Assembly (NCBI GenBank): GCA_964591715.1
Contig: CAZQDR010000001.1
Location: 1,487-65,486, forward strand
Length of the DNA stretch: 64,000 bases
Reading direction: 5' to 3'
From: an uncultured Candidatus Saccharibacteria bacterium
GTDB lineage: Bacteria > Patescibacteriota > Minisyncoccia > Phycocordibacterales > JACOZG01
Shown: piece by piece, positions 1-8,625 of the stretch
Layout: each line of letters starts with the position of its first letter
Numbering within the stretch: the stretch's first letter is position 1
Notes under the pieces: model-generated
Database searches by the model: none
What the model was told of the DNA's origin: nothing
The model's input: the letters and a program-made list of their open reading frames with translations, nothing else
Made by a program: the position numbers and the translations under genes

Positions 1-787
1 AGCGCTCACGAGAAAACAGCGCCGCCAAAAATTCGCGAGCATTTGGCACTGTCGCCAAGTCGCTGTCACGGAGACGCTTGTAGATTTCGAGGAAGGAGTC
101 GTCGGACGTTTTGGCATGATCCTTGGCTAAGGCGTTCTTAATATAGTCAGTCTCGGTTTTGACCCCAGCAAAGAGTTCCACTATTTCCGCATCCGTCAAA
201 CTCTTGCCACCAAAATCGGCAAAGAGGCGGATGAGCGAAGTAACTGGGAACTTGCGCTTGCGGTCAATACGAACGTAAATAACACCATCGGTCTCGGTTT
301 CGAATTCAATCCAAGCACCGGTAGCGGGGATAATTTTAGCGCCAAAGTACTTTTTGCCGCGCAATTCATTCTCGGTAAAGAAGATACCAAAGGAGCGCGC
401 CAGCTGGGAAACGACAACGCGTTCATTACCGTTCACAATAAAGGTACCGTGCGGCGTCATGAGGGGGAAATCAGCTAAAAAGATTTCTTGCTCCTTTTCC
501 ACCCCGACGATTTTGTTCTTTAACTTCACCTTCACGCGCAGTGGCGTATCGTAGGTCAACTGATTGACCTTCGCGTGATGCTCGTTAAATTTTGGCTCAT
601 CAAGCTGGAAGCTTGAGAACTCGAGTTCAAACTTTTTCTCGGAGTAGTCCTTGATTGGCGAAAATTCCTTAAACAATTCCTTTAATCCTTCAGTAATCAA
701 CCAAGTATACGAAGCCAACTGCGTCTCCACTAAGTTGCTGACCTTAGCCAACGGTTCGCGATGACGCGAAAAGTACTTTTTTTGCAT
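1..787 (-). CDS. rpoB: DNA-directed RNA polymerase subunit beta, N-terminal part (runs off window)
   Basis: Manual translation from ATG at 787: MQKKYFSRHREP...NLVETQLASY...FSPIKDYS...DFPLMTPHGTFIVNGNERVVVSQL, the conserved RpoB N-terminus. Confidence 0.95.
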   Translation of the reverse strand, partial: MQKKYFSRHREPLAKVSNLVETQLASYTWLITEGLKELFKEFSPIKDYSEKKFELEFSSFQLDEPKFNEHHAKVNQLTYDTPLRVKVKLKNKIVGVEKEQEIFLADFPLMTPHGTFIVNGNERVVVSQLARSFGIFFTENELRGKKYFGAKIIPATGAWIEFETETDGVIYVRIDRKRKFPVTSLIRLFADFGGKSLTDAEIVELFAGVKTETDYIKNALAKDHAKTSDDSFLEIYKRLRDSDLATVPNAREFLAALFSRER

Positions 788-929
788 CAAAAAGTTTTTG
801 AAAATTAAAAAACGCCAACTAAATTCCCTATCCCTTGGGAATTTAGCGTCTGCTAATAAAATTTAGGAGAATACCAGTGACTCAATCGTTGAAAAGAGTA
901 TACTCGCGCCAGCGCTTTATGTCAACACC

Positions 930-2183
930 CTAGCGGTGGGGAGCCAAGAGGGTAAGCTGGGCCTGGGCCGGATCCAGATATTTGGCTACCACCCGAGCAA
1001 TGTCGGCGAAGCTCACGCTCTCAATCTGAGCAATCGCCTCTTTATAGCCGCGTGCCTCACCAAAACGAGTCACATCTTGAGCCGCGAGCGAGATAATATC
1101 GGCCGGACTCTCGTAGGTCAGCGCCAAGCGACCGATCATGGTGGTTTGGGCCGCCTTAAAAAGTTCCTCATCCGTAGCGGTTTTAGCCATCACCTCCTTA
1201 ACCGCCCGAACTGCCTGCTCATAACGCTCCGGATCGGTGCCGACATACACCACAAATGCTCCCGCATCGCTCCAAGGGGTAAGGCTCGCCCGCACCTCGT
1301 AACACAAACCGAGCCGATCCCGCACTTCTTGAAAGAGTGGGAAAGACATCCCACCCGAAACCATGGTTTGAAATAATCGAAGCGCCGGGTAATCGGCGTG
1401 GCTGGCGGCTGGCGCTGGCCAGGTTAAGTTAAGGTGGACCTGCTGAATTTCGCGCCCCAGCTTGTGCGTGGCCGGCGCCGGTGGGACAAAAGCCTCCGGA
1501 GCCAGAGTTCGAGTAGTGCCCGTGGCCGGCTCGGGAAAATGCGTCTCAAATAATTTTTGGGCCGCTTCGGGAGTAATCTTACCTGCCACAATAAAGACAA
1601 AATTCTCCGGCCGATAATACTTTTGCCAAAATCCTTTAAAATCTTTTTGGGTGAACGAGCTCACCGCCGCCTCTGTGCCAAGCGTATCCCGACCCAGCGG
1701 ATGCGACCCATAAAACAGCGAGTTCGCTTGGCGAGCCACAAACGACTTAGGATCATCATGGGCCCGGCGGATCTCCTGCACCACGTTTTTCATCTCGACC
1801 GGAATTTTAGCTTCGGGAAAGGTCGGAAAGCGCAACTGCTCAGCTAATGTTTCCCAAGCGCGCTCGGCAAAAGCGGCCGGTGCCGAGCGCCAGTAGAAAG
1901 TCATCTCGGTCCAAGTCCAGGCATTAATCACGCCGCCCACTCGCTCCAGATAGGCCGAGAGTTCTTTACTACCAGCGAAACGCTCGGTGCCTTGAAAGAA
2001 CATGTGTTCAAGAGCGTGAGCAAGTCCCGCCTGACTGGGCCAAACTTCATCCCGACAACCGGCATGCACTAACACCCCCACTGCCACTGTCTCGTGATGC
2101 GGTAAAGGCATCACATACAGTGGCACTCCTTGAGCAGTTTTAAGTTTAGTGAAATTATTGGCCGACTCAATTACTTTTTCCAT
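930..2183 (-). CDS. M16 family zinc peptidase (pitrilysin-like)
   Basis: GLAHALEHMFFQGT inverted zinc motif HxxEH; C-terminal LFQEVRDRLGLCY. Confidence 0.9.
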   Translation of the reverse strand: MEKVIESANNFTKLKTAQGVPLYVMPLPHHETVAVGVLVHAGCRDEVWPSQAGLAHALEHMFFQGTERFAGSKELSAYLERVGGVINAWTWTEMTFYWRSAPAAFAERAWETLAEQLRFPTFPEAKIPVEMKNVVQEIRRAHDDPKSFVARQANSLFYGSHPLGRDTLGTEAAVSSFTQKDFKGFWQKYYRPENFVFIVAGKITPEAAQKLFETHFPEPATGTTRTLAPEAFVPPAPATHKLGREIQQVHLNLTWPAPAASHADYPALRLFQTMVSGGMSFPLFQEVRDRLGLCYEVRASLTPWSDAGAFVVYVGTDPERYEQAVRAVKEVMAKTATDEELFKAAQTTMIGRLALTYESPADIISLAAQDVTRFGEARGYKEAIAQIESVSFADIARVVAKYLDPAQAQLTLLAPHR

Positions 2184-2818
2184 TCGTCGATTTTTTTATG
2201 ATGGCCTGATAAAAGAATTTTAGGCACTTTAAATTTTTTACCCTGATATTCCAGAACTTCGGGCCGAGTGTAGACCGCACTGCCAGCAACACGCTCCTCC
2301 TCCACCGAAGCAAAAGTCCCCAGCACGCCCGGTAATTGTCGCGCCATCGTATCAATCACAATTAACGCCGGCAGTTCCCCGCCCGTCAGCACATAAGGAC
2401 CAACGGTAACCGCCTCCGCTTTAAAGATCTGCCGCACTCGCTCATCAATCCCCTCATAGCGACCGCAGATTAAGATGACGTCCGTTATCTTTTTCGCCGT
2501 CTTACGGGCATATTCATTAGTAAACTGTGTGCCGCTTTTAGCAAAGAAGATTATTTTAGGCTTTGATTTTGAATTTTTGATGGCCTTGTCGATGGTTTTA
2601 ATCATGGGCAATGCCTGGAGCACCATACCTGGACCACCCCCATACGGCCGATCATCTACCTGCTTATAACCCGACTCATTTTTGGCTTTAATATAGTCGC
2701 GCGGATTATAAGTTTTGATTTTTATTTTTTTATCACGAACAGCCCGACCAATGATCGAGCTGCCAATATACGAGTCCAGTGACTCGGGAAACAAAGTAAT
2801 AACGTGGAATGTCAGCAC
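2171..2818 (-). CDS. trmD: tRNA (guanine37-N1)-methyltransferase
   Basis: VDDRPYGGGPGM, CGRYEGIDER, YVLTGGELPA motifs. Confidence 0.97.
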   Translation of the reverse strand: MLTFHVITLFPESLDSYIGSSIIGRAVRDKKIKIKTYNPRDYIKAKNESGYKQVDDRPYGGGPGMVLQALPMIKTIDKAIKNSKSKPKIIFFAKSGTQFTNEYARKTAKKITDVILICGRYEGIDERVRQIFKAEAVTVGPYVLTGGELPALIVIDTMARQLPGVLGTFASVEEERVAGSAVYTRPEVLEYQGKKFKVPKILLSGHHKKIDEWKK

Positions 2819-2827
2819 GGGAAATAA

Positions 2828-3151
2828 TTAGTTTTTGATGTCGTTCATCACATCATCCATGCCAGCGGCAGCGCTTTTAGGATCGGGGCGTTCCGATCCC
2901 GCTGGTTCGTTGATCTTCAAATTAACGCGGGCATTGTGCTTCATCCCCACCACGCGCAGGAGCGTCCGGATGGCTTTGGCCGTATTGCCTTGACGACCAA
3001 TAATTTTGCCCATATCAGCGGGATTAACATCAAGCGTCATTAAAACACCCATCTCATCAACCTTGCGGTCGATCTTTACATCAGCGGGGTTATCCACGAG
3101 AGACTTAATAAGACCTTCCAAAAATTCTTGATCTTGGTACTTTTCAGCCAT
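2828..3151 (-). CDS. khpA: KH domain RNA-binding protein (KhpA/YlqC)
   Basis: DMGKIIGRQGNTAKAIRTLL; lies between rpsP and trmD. Confidence 0.85.
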   Translation of the reverse strand: MAEKYQDQEFLEGLIKSLVDNPADVKIDRKVDEMGVLMTLDVNPADMGKIIGRQGNTAKAIRTLLRVVGMKHNARVNLKINEPAGSERPDPKSAAAGMDDVMNDIKN

Positions 3152-3217
3152 AATGTGTCAACAAAAATAGTAAGGCAGTACTCGACAGTACAGCTATCAA
3201 TAATTATATCTAAGAGT

Positions 3218-3607
3218 TTAGGCTTCGGCAACGGGAGCTTCAGCGGGAGTCTCGGGAACAACTTCAACTTCGGGAGCGGCAGGGGCAGCCGCTGGGGTCT
3301 CCGCAACTGGAGTCTCAGCAACCGGGGCAACAATCGGAGTCTTGCGAGGTAAGACGTTGATCTTTTTACCTTTAACTAAACCAGCATCAATAAAGAGATT
3401 GTAAGCAGTGCCGGAAGCTTGGGCTCCAACCGAGAGCCAGTGCTTAACGCGATCAAGTTTAATAATCGGCTTGCCTTGGCGAGCATTATAAGAACCCACT
3501 GACTCAACAATTTTGCCACTCTGAGAGTCTTTGCGAGAGTCGGTCACGACTAAACGGAACGACGGATCGTTCTTGCGGCCAACACGCTGTAAGCGAATCT
3601 TTAACAT
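3218..3607 (-). CDS. rpsP: 30S ribosomal protein S16 with Ala/Pro/Glu-rich tail
   Basis: MLKIRLQRVGRKNDPSFRLVVTDSR; ATG at 3607. Confidence 0.95.
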   Translation of the reverse strand: MLKIRLQRVGRKNDPSFRLVVTDSRKDSQSGKIVESVGSYNARQGKPIIKLDRVKHWLSVGAQASGTAYNLFIDAGLVKGKKINVLPRKTPIVAPVAETPVAETPAAAPAAPEVEVVPETPAEAPVAEA

Positions 3608-3762
3608 AGGTGGGGTTATAGTATCAAACTGGCCCCAGTTGGTCAATCCACCGTCGTCCCCTAACCCCCTTGCTTGACATTACAGAACATGTTAAGCTTA
3701 GTTTCAGCACCGCAGCCCTTTTCTTTTTACAGTCTGCACCGCAGACAGGAAGCGAGGAAGTT

Positions 3763-4017
3763 ATGGACCAGGAAAGCGTCGAGGAAGGACTCCACGGCGC
3801 CCAGGTTGTAACCGGGGAAACCCAGCCAGCAGCCACGGAAGCGCCACCTCCCATCACCCCGCTCAGCCCCGACGAAGTTGAGCGCCGAATGAGGATTGCC
3901 ATCGGCAATCTCAAGAAGCAGCAGACGCCACTGCAGCGAATCTTCGAGGGTATGGATCGGGCCGTTGATGTCGTCGTCAACGGTTTGGCCACGCCAGCCA
4001 ACGCGGCACTCGGTTAG
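3763..4017 (+). CDS. hypothetical protein
   Basis: ATG at 3763 preceded by GAGGAAG; followed by a strong terminator. Confidence 0.5.
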   Translation: MDQESVEEGLHGAQVVTGETQPAATEAPPPITPLSPDEVERRMRIAIGNLKKQQTPLQRIFEGMDRAVDVVVNGLATPANAALG

Positions 4018-4063
4018 TAGTTCACCCCGTTCAGGATCAACGTCGCAAGACAATCCTGAATCG

Positions 4064-4100
4064 AGAGTCCGGCAAGGGCAAATTGCCGGACTCTTTTTTT
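4064..4100 (+). terminator. intrinsic terminator
   Basis: AGAGTCCGGCAA-loop-TTGCCGGACTCT followed by T-run. Confidence 0.8.
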
Positions 4101-4131
4101 ATGCCTAAAAAATGCTATACTGCCCGCAATT

Positions 4132-6063
4132 ATGAGTTACCTCGAAGGCACGATTAAGATCTCCCACAAAGGTATGGGCTTCGTTTCTCCCCGCAAACCC
4201 GGCGGCGAGCGCGCCTTGCCCGAAGAGTCCGTTCAGGTTGATGCCAATTTTCTTAATACGGCCCTGCCCGGCGACACCGTTAAAGTTTTGCTTCACCCCG
4301 AGGTGGAGGGCGAACTGCGTACCGGCGAAGTCGTTGAGATTTTAGAGCGCAAAAAGCTTGAGTACGTTGGTACGCTGGAGCGCGAAGGCAACTTCTTCTT
4401 CCTCGTGCCGGACGACAAGCGGGTTTACAAAGATATTTTAATTCCCGAAGAGGCTTTGGGCGGCGGCCATGAGGGTGATAAAGTTTTGGCCCGCATTACG
4501 GAATGGAATGATCCTAAAAAAGAACCGATTGGCGAAGTCGTAATCGTCATTGGTAAGCCTGGCGACCACAACACCGAAATGCAGGCCATTGTGTACGAGA
4601 AGGGCTTCCGACCCTCTTTCCCGCCTGAAGTAGATGCCGAAGCGGACGCGATTAAAATTAGTTCTGCTCAAGATTTTGCTAACGAGATTACCAAGCGCCG
4701 CGACATCCGCGATGTCCTCACGATTACGATTGACCCTTTTGATGCCAAAGACTTTGACGACGCTCTCTCCTACCGCGAGTTGGCGGACGGCAAAGTCGAG
4801 GTGGGTATTCATATTGCCGACGTTTCGCACTACTTGGTCCCAGGCACTAAACTCGACAACGAAGCAATTAAGCGCGCCACTTCAATTTATTTGGTCGACC
4901 GCACCATCCCGATGTTGCCCGAGGTGCTCTCTAACGACCTGTGTAGCTTAAATCCCAACGAGGACAAGCTGACCTTTTCGGCCATTTTTACTTTTGATAA
5001 GGATTTCCAGATTATTGACGAATGGTATGGCCGCACCGTCATGCACTCTAACAAGCGCTTCACCTACGAGGAAGTGCAAAAGATTTTAGACGACAAAGCC
5101 GGACTCTATGCCGAGGAACTTGGCAGTTTAAATAAAATCGCCTACAAGCTCCGCGCCGAAAAGATGGCCGCGGGTGCTATCTCGTTTGAGACCACCGAAA
5201 TTAAATTTGTGCTGGATGGGAACGGCAAACCAATTAAGGTGGTTAAAAAAGAGCGTACCGACTCCCACTTGTTGGTTGAGGACTTCATGCTCTTGGCTAA
5301 CCGCAAAGTGGCCGAATATGTTTCCAAAAAAGTGAACGACGAGAACGGCCGCTTTGTTTACCGCATCCACGACCAGCCCGATGTTGATAAACTCCGTAGC
5401 CTGGCTGACTTTATTTCGCCACTCGGTTATCGGCTCAAGTTTGATGATCACGGCGTCTCGTCCAAGAGTATTAACGAGCTCTTAAAAATGGTCAACGGCA
5501 AGCCGGAGGAAATTATGATTCAAACCGCGACCATGCGCAGCATGGCTAAAGCGATTTACTCAATGAAGAATATCGGCCACTATGGTTTGGCTTTCCCCTA
5601 TTACACCCACTTTACCTCGCCAATTCGTCGCTACCCGGACGTGATGGTTCACCGCCTGCTCGCGGAATATTGCCAAAACCGCCAACCCGCCGCCGAACTT
5701 TTAAAACGCTATGACGAACTCGCCTTCCACTCCTCGCAAATGGAAATCTCCGCCCAAGAGGCCGAGCGCGATTCGATCCGCTACAAACAAATTGAATATA
5801 TGGAAGATAAAATTGGCACCGTCTTTACCGGCGTGATCTCCGGTCTAGCCAAGTGGGGCATTTACGTTCAAGAAACGGAAACTCTCGCAGAGGGTATGGT
5901 GCGCTTGGCCGAAATGAAGGATGACTACTACGTCTTTGATGAGAAAAATTATTGTATGATCGGCAAAGGCTCTAATCGCCGCTATCGCTTAGGTGATAAA
6001 GTGAAAGTAAAACTAACTCGCGCTGATGTAAAAGAGCGCATGCTCGACTTTGTCTTTATTTAA
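4132..6063 (+). CDS. rnr: ribonuclease R
   Basis: TIDPFDAKDFDDALS and YTHFTSPIRRYPD RNB motifs; C-terminal S1 domain. Confidence 0.95.
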   Translation: MSYLEGTIKISHKGMGFVSPRKPGGERALPEESVQVDANFLNTALPGDTVKVLLHPEVEGELRTGEVVEILERKKLEYVGTLEREGNFFFLVPDDKRVYKDILIPEEALGGGHEGDKVLARITEWNDPKKEPIGEVVIVIGKPGDHNTEMQAIVYEKGFRPSFPPEVDAEADAIKISSAQDFANEITKRRDIRDVLTITIDPFDAKDFDDALSYRELADGKVEVGIHIADVSHYLVPGTKLDNEAIKRATSIYLVDRTIPMLPEVLSNDLCSLNPNEDKLTFSAIFTFDKDFQIIDEWYGRTVMHSNKRFTYEEVQKILDDKAGLYAEELGSLNKIAYKLRAEKMAAGAISFETTEIKFVLDGNGKPIKVVKKERTDSHLLVEDFMLLANRKVAEYVSKKVNDENGRFVYRIHDQPDVDKLRSLADFISPLGYRLKFDDHGVSSKSINELLKMVNGKPEEIMIQTATMRSMAKAIYSMKNIGHYGLAFPYYTHFTSPIRRYPDVMVHRLLAEYCQNRQPAAELLKRYDELAFHSSQMEISAQEAERDSIRYKQIEYMEDKIGTVFTGVISGLAKWGIYVQETETLAEGMVRLAEMKDDYYVFDEKNYCMIGKGSNRRYRLGDKVKVKLTRADVKERMLDFVFI

Positions 6064-6073
6064 GACAAACGAA

Positions 6074-6099
6074 AAGGCACCCACAGCTTGGGGTGCCTT
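6074..6099. terminator. hairpin downstream of rnr, probable terminator
   Basis: AAGGCACCC-loop-GGGTGCCTT, with an A-run on the left (T-run on minus strand). Confidence 0.55.
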
Positions 6100-6356
6100 G
6101 CTTCTCTTCTCCACGACAATCTCGGTGCTGGTGATCCTCACCAGCTGATGCCCAGGCGCGTAAGATAGCACCTGGCAGAGAACCGCAGTGACCCCTCATT
6201 GCTCTGAGCGAGGTCCCGCACATCATCGAGTGTCATTTCATCGAACATGGCTCTGAATCCTTTATTAGAGCCAAGATAGGGCTTTGGTCGACCACCGGCC
6301 TCGACCCTATCTGTTACTGTTCTTAGTATACCACCCCTGTATATTTTGTCAAGCCC

Positions 6357-6692
6357 CTACTGGCTCAACCGATGGAGCACCGAGTTAACAATTGTCAGCA
6401 CAATACTGAAGAGTAGTGCCCACCAAAAGCTCGCCACTTGGAAGCCTGGCACCACGGCACTGGCCAAGAGCACTAAAACGGCATTAATCACTAGGGTAAA
6501 CAAGCCGAGCGTCAAAATATTGATCGGCAAAGTTAAAAACAAAATCACTGGTCGGATCAACAAGTTGATTCCACCCAACACCACCGCTGTAATCAGAGCG
6601 GACCAAACCGTATCCACGCTCACCCCAGGTAACACATAAGCCGCAATCGCGACCGCAATCGCTGACACTAACCAATTAAATATAAGTTTCAT
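6357..6692 (-). CDS. phage holin family (4-TM, YvlD-like) membrane protein
   Basis: LIRPVILFLTLPINILTLGLFTLVINA signature; ATG at 6692 with TGCTATACT just upstream on the minus strand. Confidence 0.85.
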   Translation of the reverse strand: MKLIFNWLVSAIAVAIAAYVLPGVSVDTVWSALITAVVLGGINLLIRPVILFLTLPINILTLGLFTLVINAVLVLLASAVVPGFQVASFWWALLFSIVLTIVNSVLHRLSQ

Positions 6693-6708
6693 CGCTTGAG
6701 TATAGCAC

Positions 6709-6738
6709 TTGACTTCTTCAACAATCAAGTATATAACT
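6709..6738 (+). promoter_or_regulatory. putative sigma70 promoter for the first guide unit
   Basis: TTGACT-N17-TATAAC, ending 8 nt before unit 1. TTGACA (6842) and TTGACT (7215) sit at similar distances (35-37 nt) before units 2 and 6. Confidence 0.55.
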
Positions 6739-6745
6739 TCATCTA

Positions 6746-7306
6746 AGCGACGACTGCGTACGTGGCCTTGAGCCGAAGACACGGGTGTTGCTACCCCTTA
6801 TGCGTCAAGCAGACAGGGGTTTTATTTTACTCGGGGGGGTCTTGACAATTTATATACAAATGGTAGTTATATGATGGGCTAGAGACGGCCAAGGACTTGT
6901 TAAATAACGAGCTGACACTTGTCTCCAGCCTTACCCGCCAAAGCTTAGGCCACGGCGGGTCCTCTTCAGAGTTCATAATCTGTTGTGATTTCTGAAGAGG
7001 GTACGCCGAAGGCTGTGTCTCCATGAGACGAATATGGCAGTGTACCCTCTAAAATTTGGGGTGGACGAGAAGGTATTTGTTCCTTAACGAGTACACAGCT
7101 GTCCACCCCATTCTTTTGATCTTTCAGTATCGCGGGGCGATAATCGGGATGTCTTTTAAAGACGAAGTATTTAATGCCCTGCACCAACCCCATTCGACTA
7201 AACGTCGGGTGGGGTTGACTTTTTATATTGATGTGTTAGATGTAAACCAGGGGGGTGGGACGAAGGGTACAGTGTCGTAGAGACGAACGGTCTCTTGTCC
7301 CACCCC
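6746..7306 (+). ncRNA. upstream stem-loop TIGR-like guide array, 6 dual-spacer units
   Basis: Units (spacerA/spacerB): 6746-6792 CTGCGTACG/AGACACGGG; 6877-6930 CCAAGGACT/GCTGACACT; 6996-7050 CGAAGGCTG/ATATGGCAG; 7057-7110 GAAGGTATT/GTACACAGC; 7132-7182 TAATCGGGA/AGTATTTAA; 7252-7306 AGGGTACAG/ACGGTCTCT. Each is closing stem + CGN-N9-TG-hairpin-CGA-N9-TG. Confidence 0.88.
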
Positions 7307-7398
7307 ATACTTGAACTTTGACTCGGAGGTCTTGTTGTCTGCGGCGCAGACGGGCCTCCCCCTTCATACCGTTGCCCATTGGGCAGGAAGGACTTACC

Positions 7399-8625
7399 AT
7401 GCCTCGCTTTATTGGCATCACCCATCGGGTGAAGCGCACCGTCGTGGGTGAACCTCGACCCACCATCGTTACCATCTTGGAGGGCGACAAAAGCGTCACC
7501 TACAAGCTGGCCGACGAGACCGAGGAGATGGACTTCATCGAGGGTCGCTACCCTGTCGGTTACACCGACGTGGTGGACGGCCAAGATCTCTCGGCGTACC
7601 TGGATCGCCAGCTCAAAAAGAAGAAGGACCCCGCCACCAAAGAAGAAAAGGTGGTCAAGGTCCCGATCACCTTCGAGGGCCTGCGCTCCGGCGACATCGT
7701 CGCGATGACACTCGGTGGCTCTGGCAATTACTTGGCCTACGCCATCGCTCGGAAGTGCCGCAAGCTTGGGTCTGGCGCGGAAATTATCCGCATCACTCCC
7801 AAACAGTTCTGCGATCTCCGGGGTGTCGGCAAAAAGGAAGCCGACGCGGAACTCTTGGCCACTTTGGCTCGGGAGCGCCGCGAACTCTTCCTCGCCATGC
7901 GACAGGCTGATCTTGATCAGATCAAGTTGACCATTGCCTGGCGGGACCGGATCGATGCCATGAAGGCACGGATTGCCTGCGAACAGCGGCTCTTCCAACG
8001 CCTGATTGGCCGGACCTTCGTGGAAGAAGGCCTGGCACCGGAGCGAACGCTTGAGTTGGCCTTCTTGGAGGCCAAAGCCAGTAACACCACGCTGAAGGCG
8101 CTCGAGATCGAAGAACGAGCCAGGATTGTGGATGTCGAGAAGCTGGTCCGGCAACTGCCGGTCTACCAGCAGATCTTCGAGCCGCTCGAGGGTTGCGGTC
8201 CAATGATTGCCACGCGACTGGTCGTGGCCATTGGCGACATTCGGCGCTTTGCCACCGCTGCCAAGCTGAAGAAGTTCTGTGGCGTGGCCTGTACCTCAAA
8301 TGGCGCCTTCGCGCGCAAGCGCAGTGGCGAGGTGGCCAACTGGCATCCCGATGCCCGTCAGGCTCTGTACCTGATCGGCGATCAGTTCAATCAGCGACCC
8401 CGTTCGCCTTGGGGGCAGATGCTCCGTCGGTACAAGGTGACCTTCCGGGAGAAACACCCGGAGCGGATCAATCCCGAAACTGGCAAGAAGCAGTACGGTC
8501 CGGCTCACATTCACCGGATGGCTACCTGGCGAACGATTACCAAGTTCGTCGAGTGGCTCTGGCGCGAGTGGAGCAAGATCGCACCAGTCGAGAACAATGA
8601 AGGAGAAAACGCCGCAGCGGCTTGA
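7399..8625 (+). CDS. IS110/Nop-domain RNA-guided protein (TasR-like), RuvC-like domain apparently inactivated
   Basis: ATG at 7399 after GGAAGGA; 408 aa. N-terminal RuvC/DEDD-like fold (FIGITH, IVAMTLG, KKEADAELLA), a coiled coil, and an IS110-Tnp/Nop-like C-terminal domain (GCGPMIATRLVVAIGDIRRFATAAKLKKFCG...HIHRMATWRTITKFVEWLW). Embedded in dual-spacer arrays. Confidence 0.82.
   Translation: MPRFIGITHRVKRTVVGEPRPTIVTILEGDKSVTYKLADETEEMDFIEGRYPVGYTDVVDGQDLSAYLDRQLKKKKDPATKEEKVVKVPITFEGLRSGDIVAMTLGGSGNYLAYAIARKCRKLGSGAEIIRITPKQFCDLRGVGKKEADAELLATLARERRELFLAMRQADLDQIKLTIAWRDRIDAMKARIACEQRLFQRLIGRTFVEEGLAPERTLELAFLEAKASNTTLKALEIEERARIVDVEKLVRQLPVYQQIFEPLEGCGPMIATRLVVAIGDIRRFATAAKLKKFCGVACTSNGAFARKRSGEVANWHPDARQALYLIGDQFNQRPRSPWGQMLRRYKVTFREKHPERINPETGKKQYGPAHIHRMATWRTITKFVEWLWREWSKIAPVENNEGENAAAA

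Noticed and set aside
6661-6670. Unit-2 spacer B (GCTGACACT) matches the adjacent holin-family gene
   Set aside because: Only 10 of the 18 predicted target bases match contiguously and spacer A does not match. A 9-mer is expected about 0.5 times by chance in 64 kb on two strands.
6357-6692. Holin-family gene as evidence of a prophage
   Set aside because: This 4-TM family is common in bacterial chromosomes and no other phage genes are present.
7264-7272. Unit-6 spacer A (AGGGTACAG) is complementary to 9338-9346 in the array
   Set aside because: The partner spacer has no adjacent match, so self-targeting is unsupported.
7399-8625. Ordinary active IS110 transposase with a single bridge RNA
   Set aside because: The DEDD residues are mostly substituted, there are 15 single-loop units rather than one target-plus-donor bridge RNA, and no element ends or second copy are visible.
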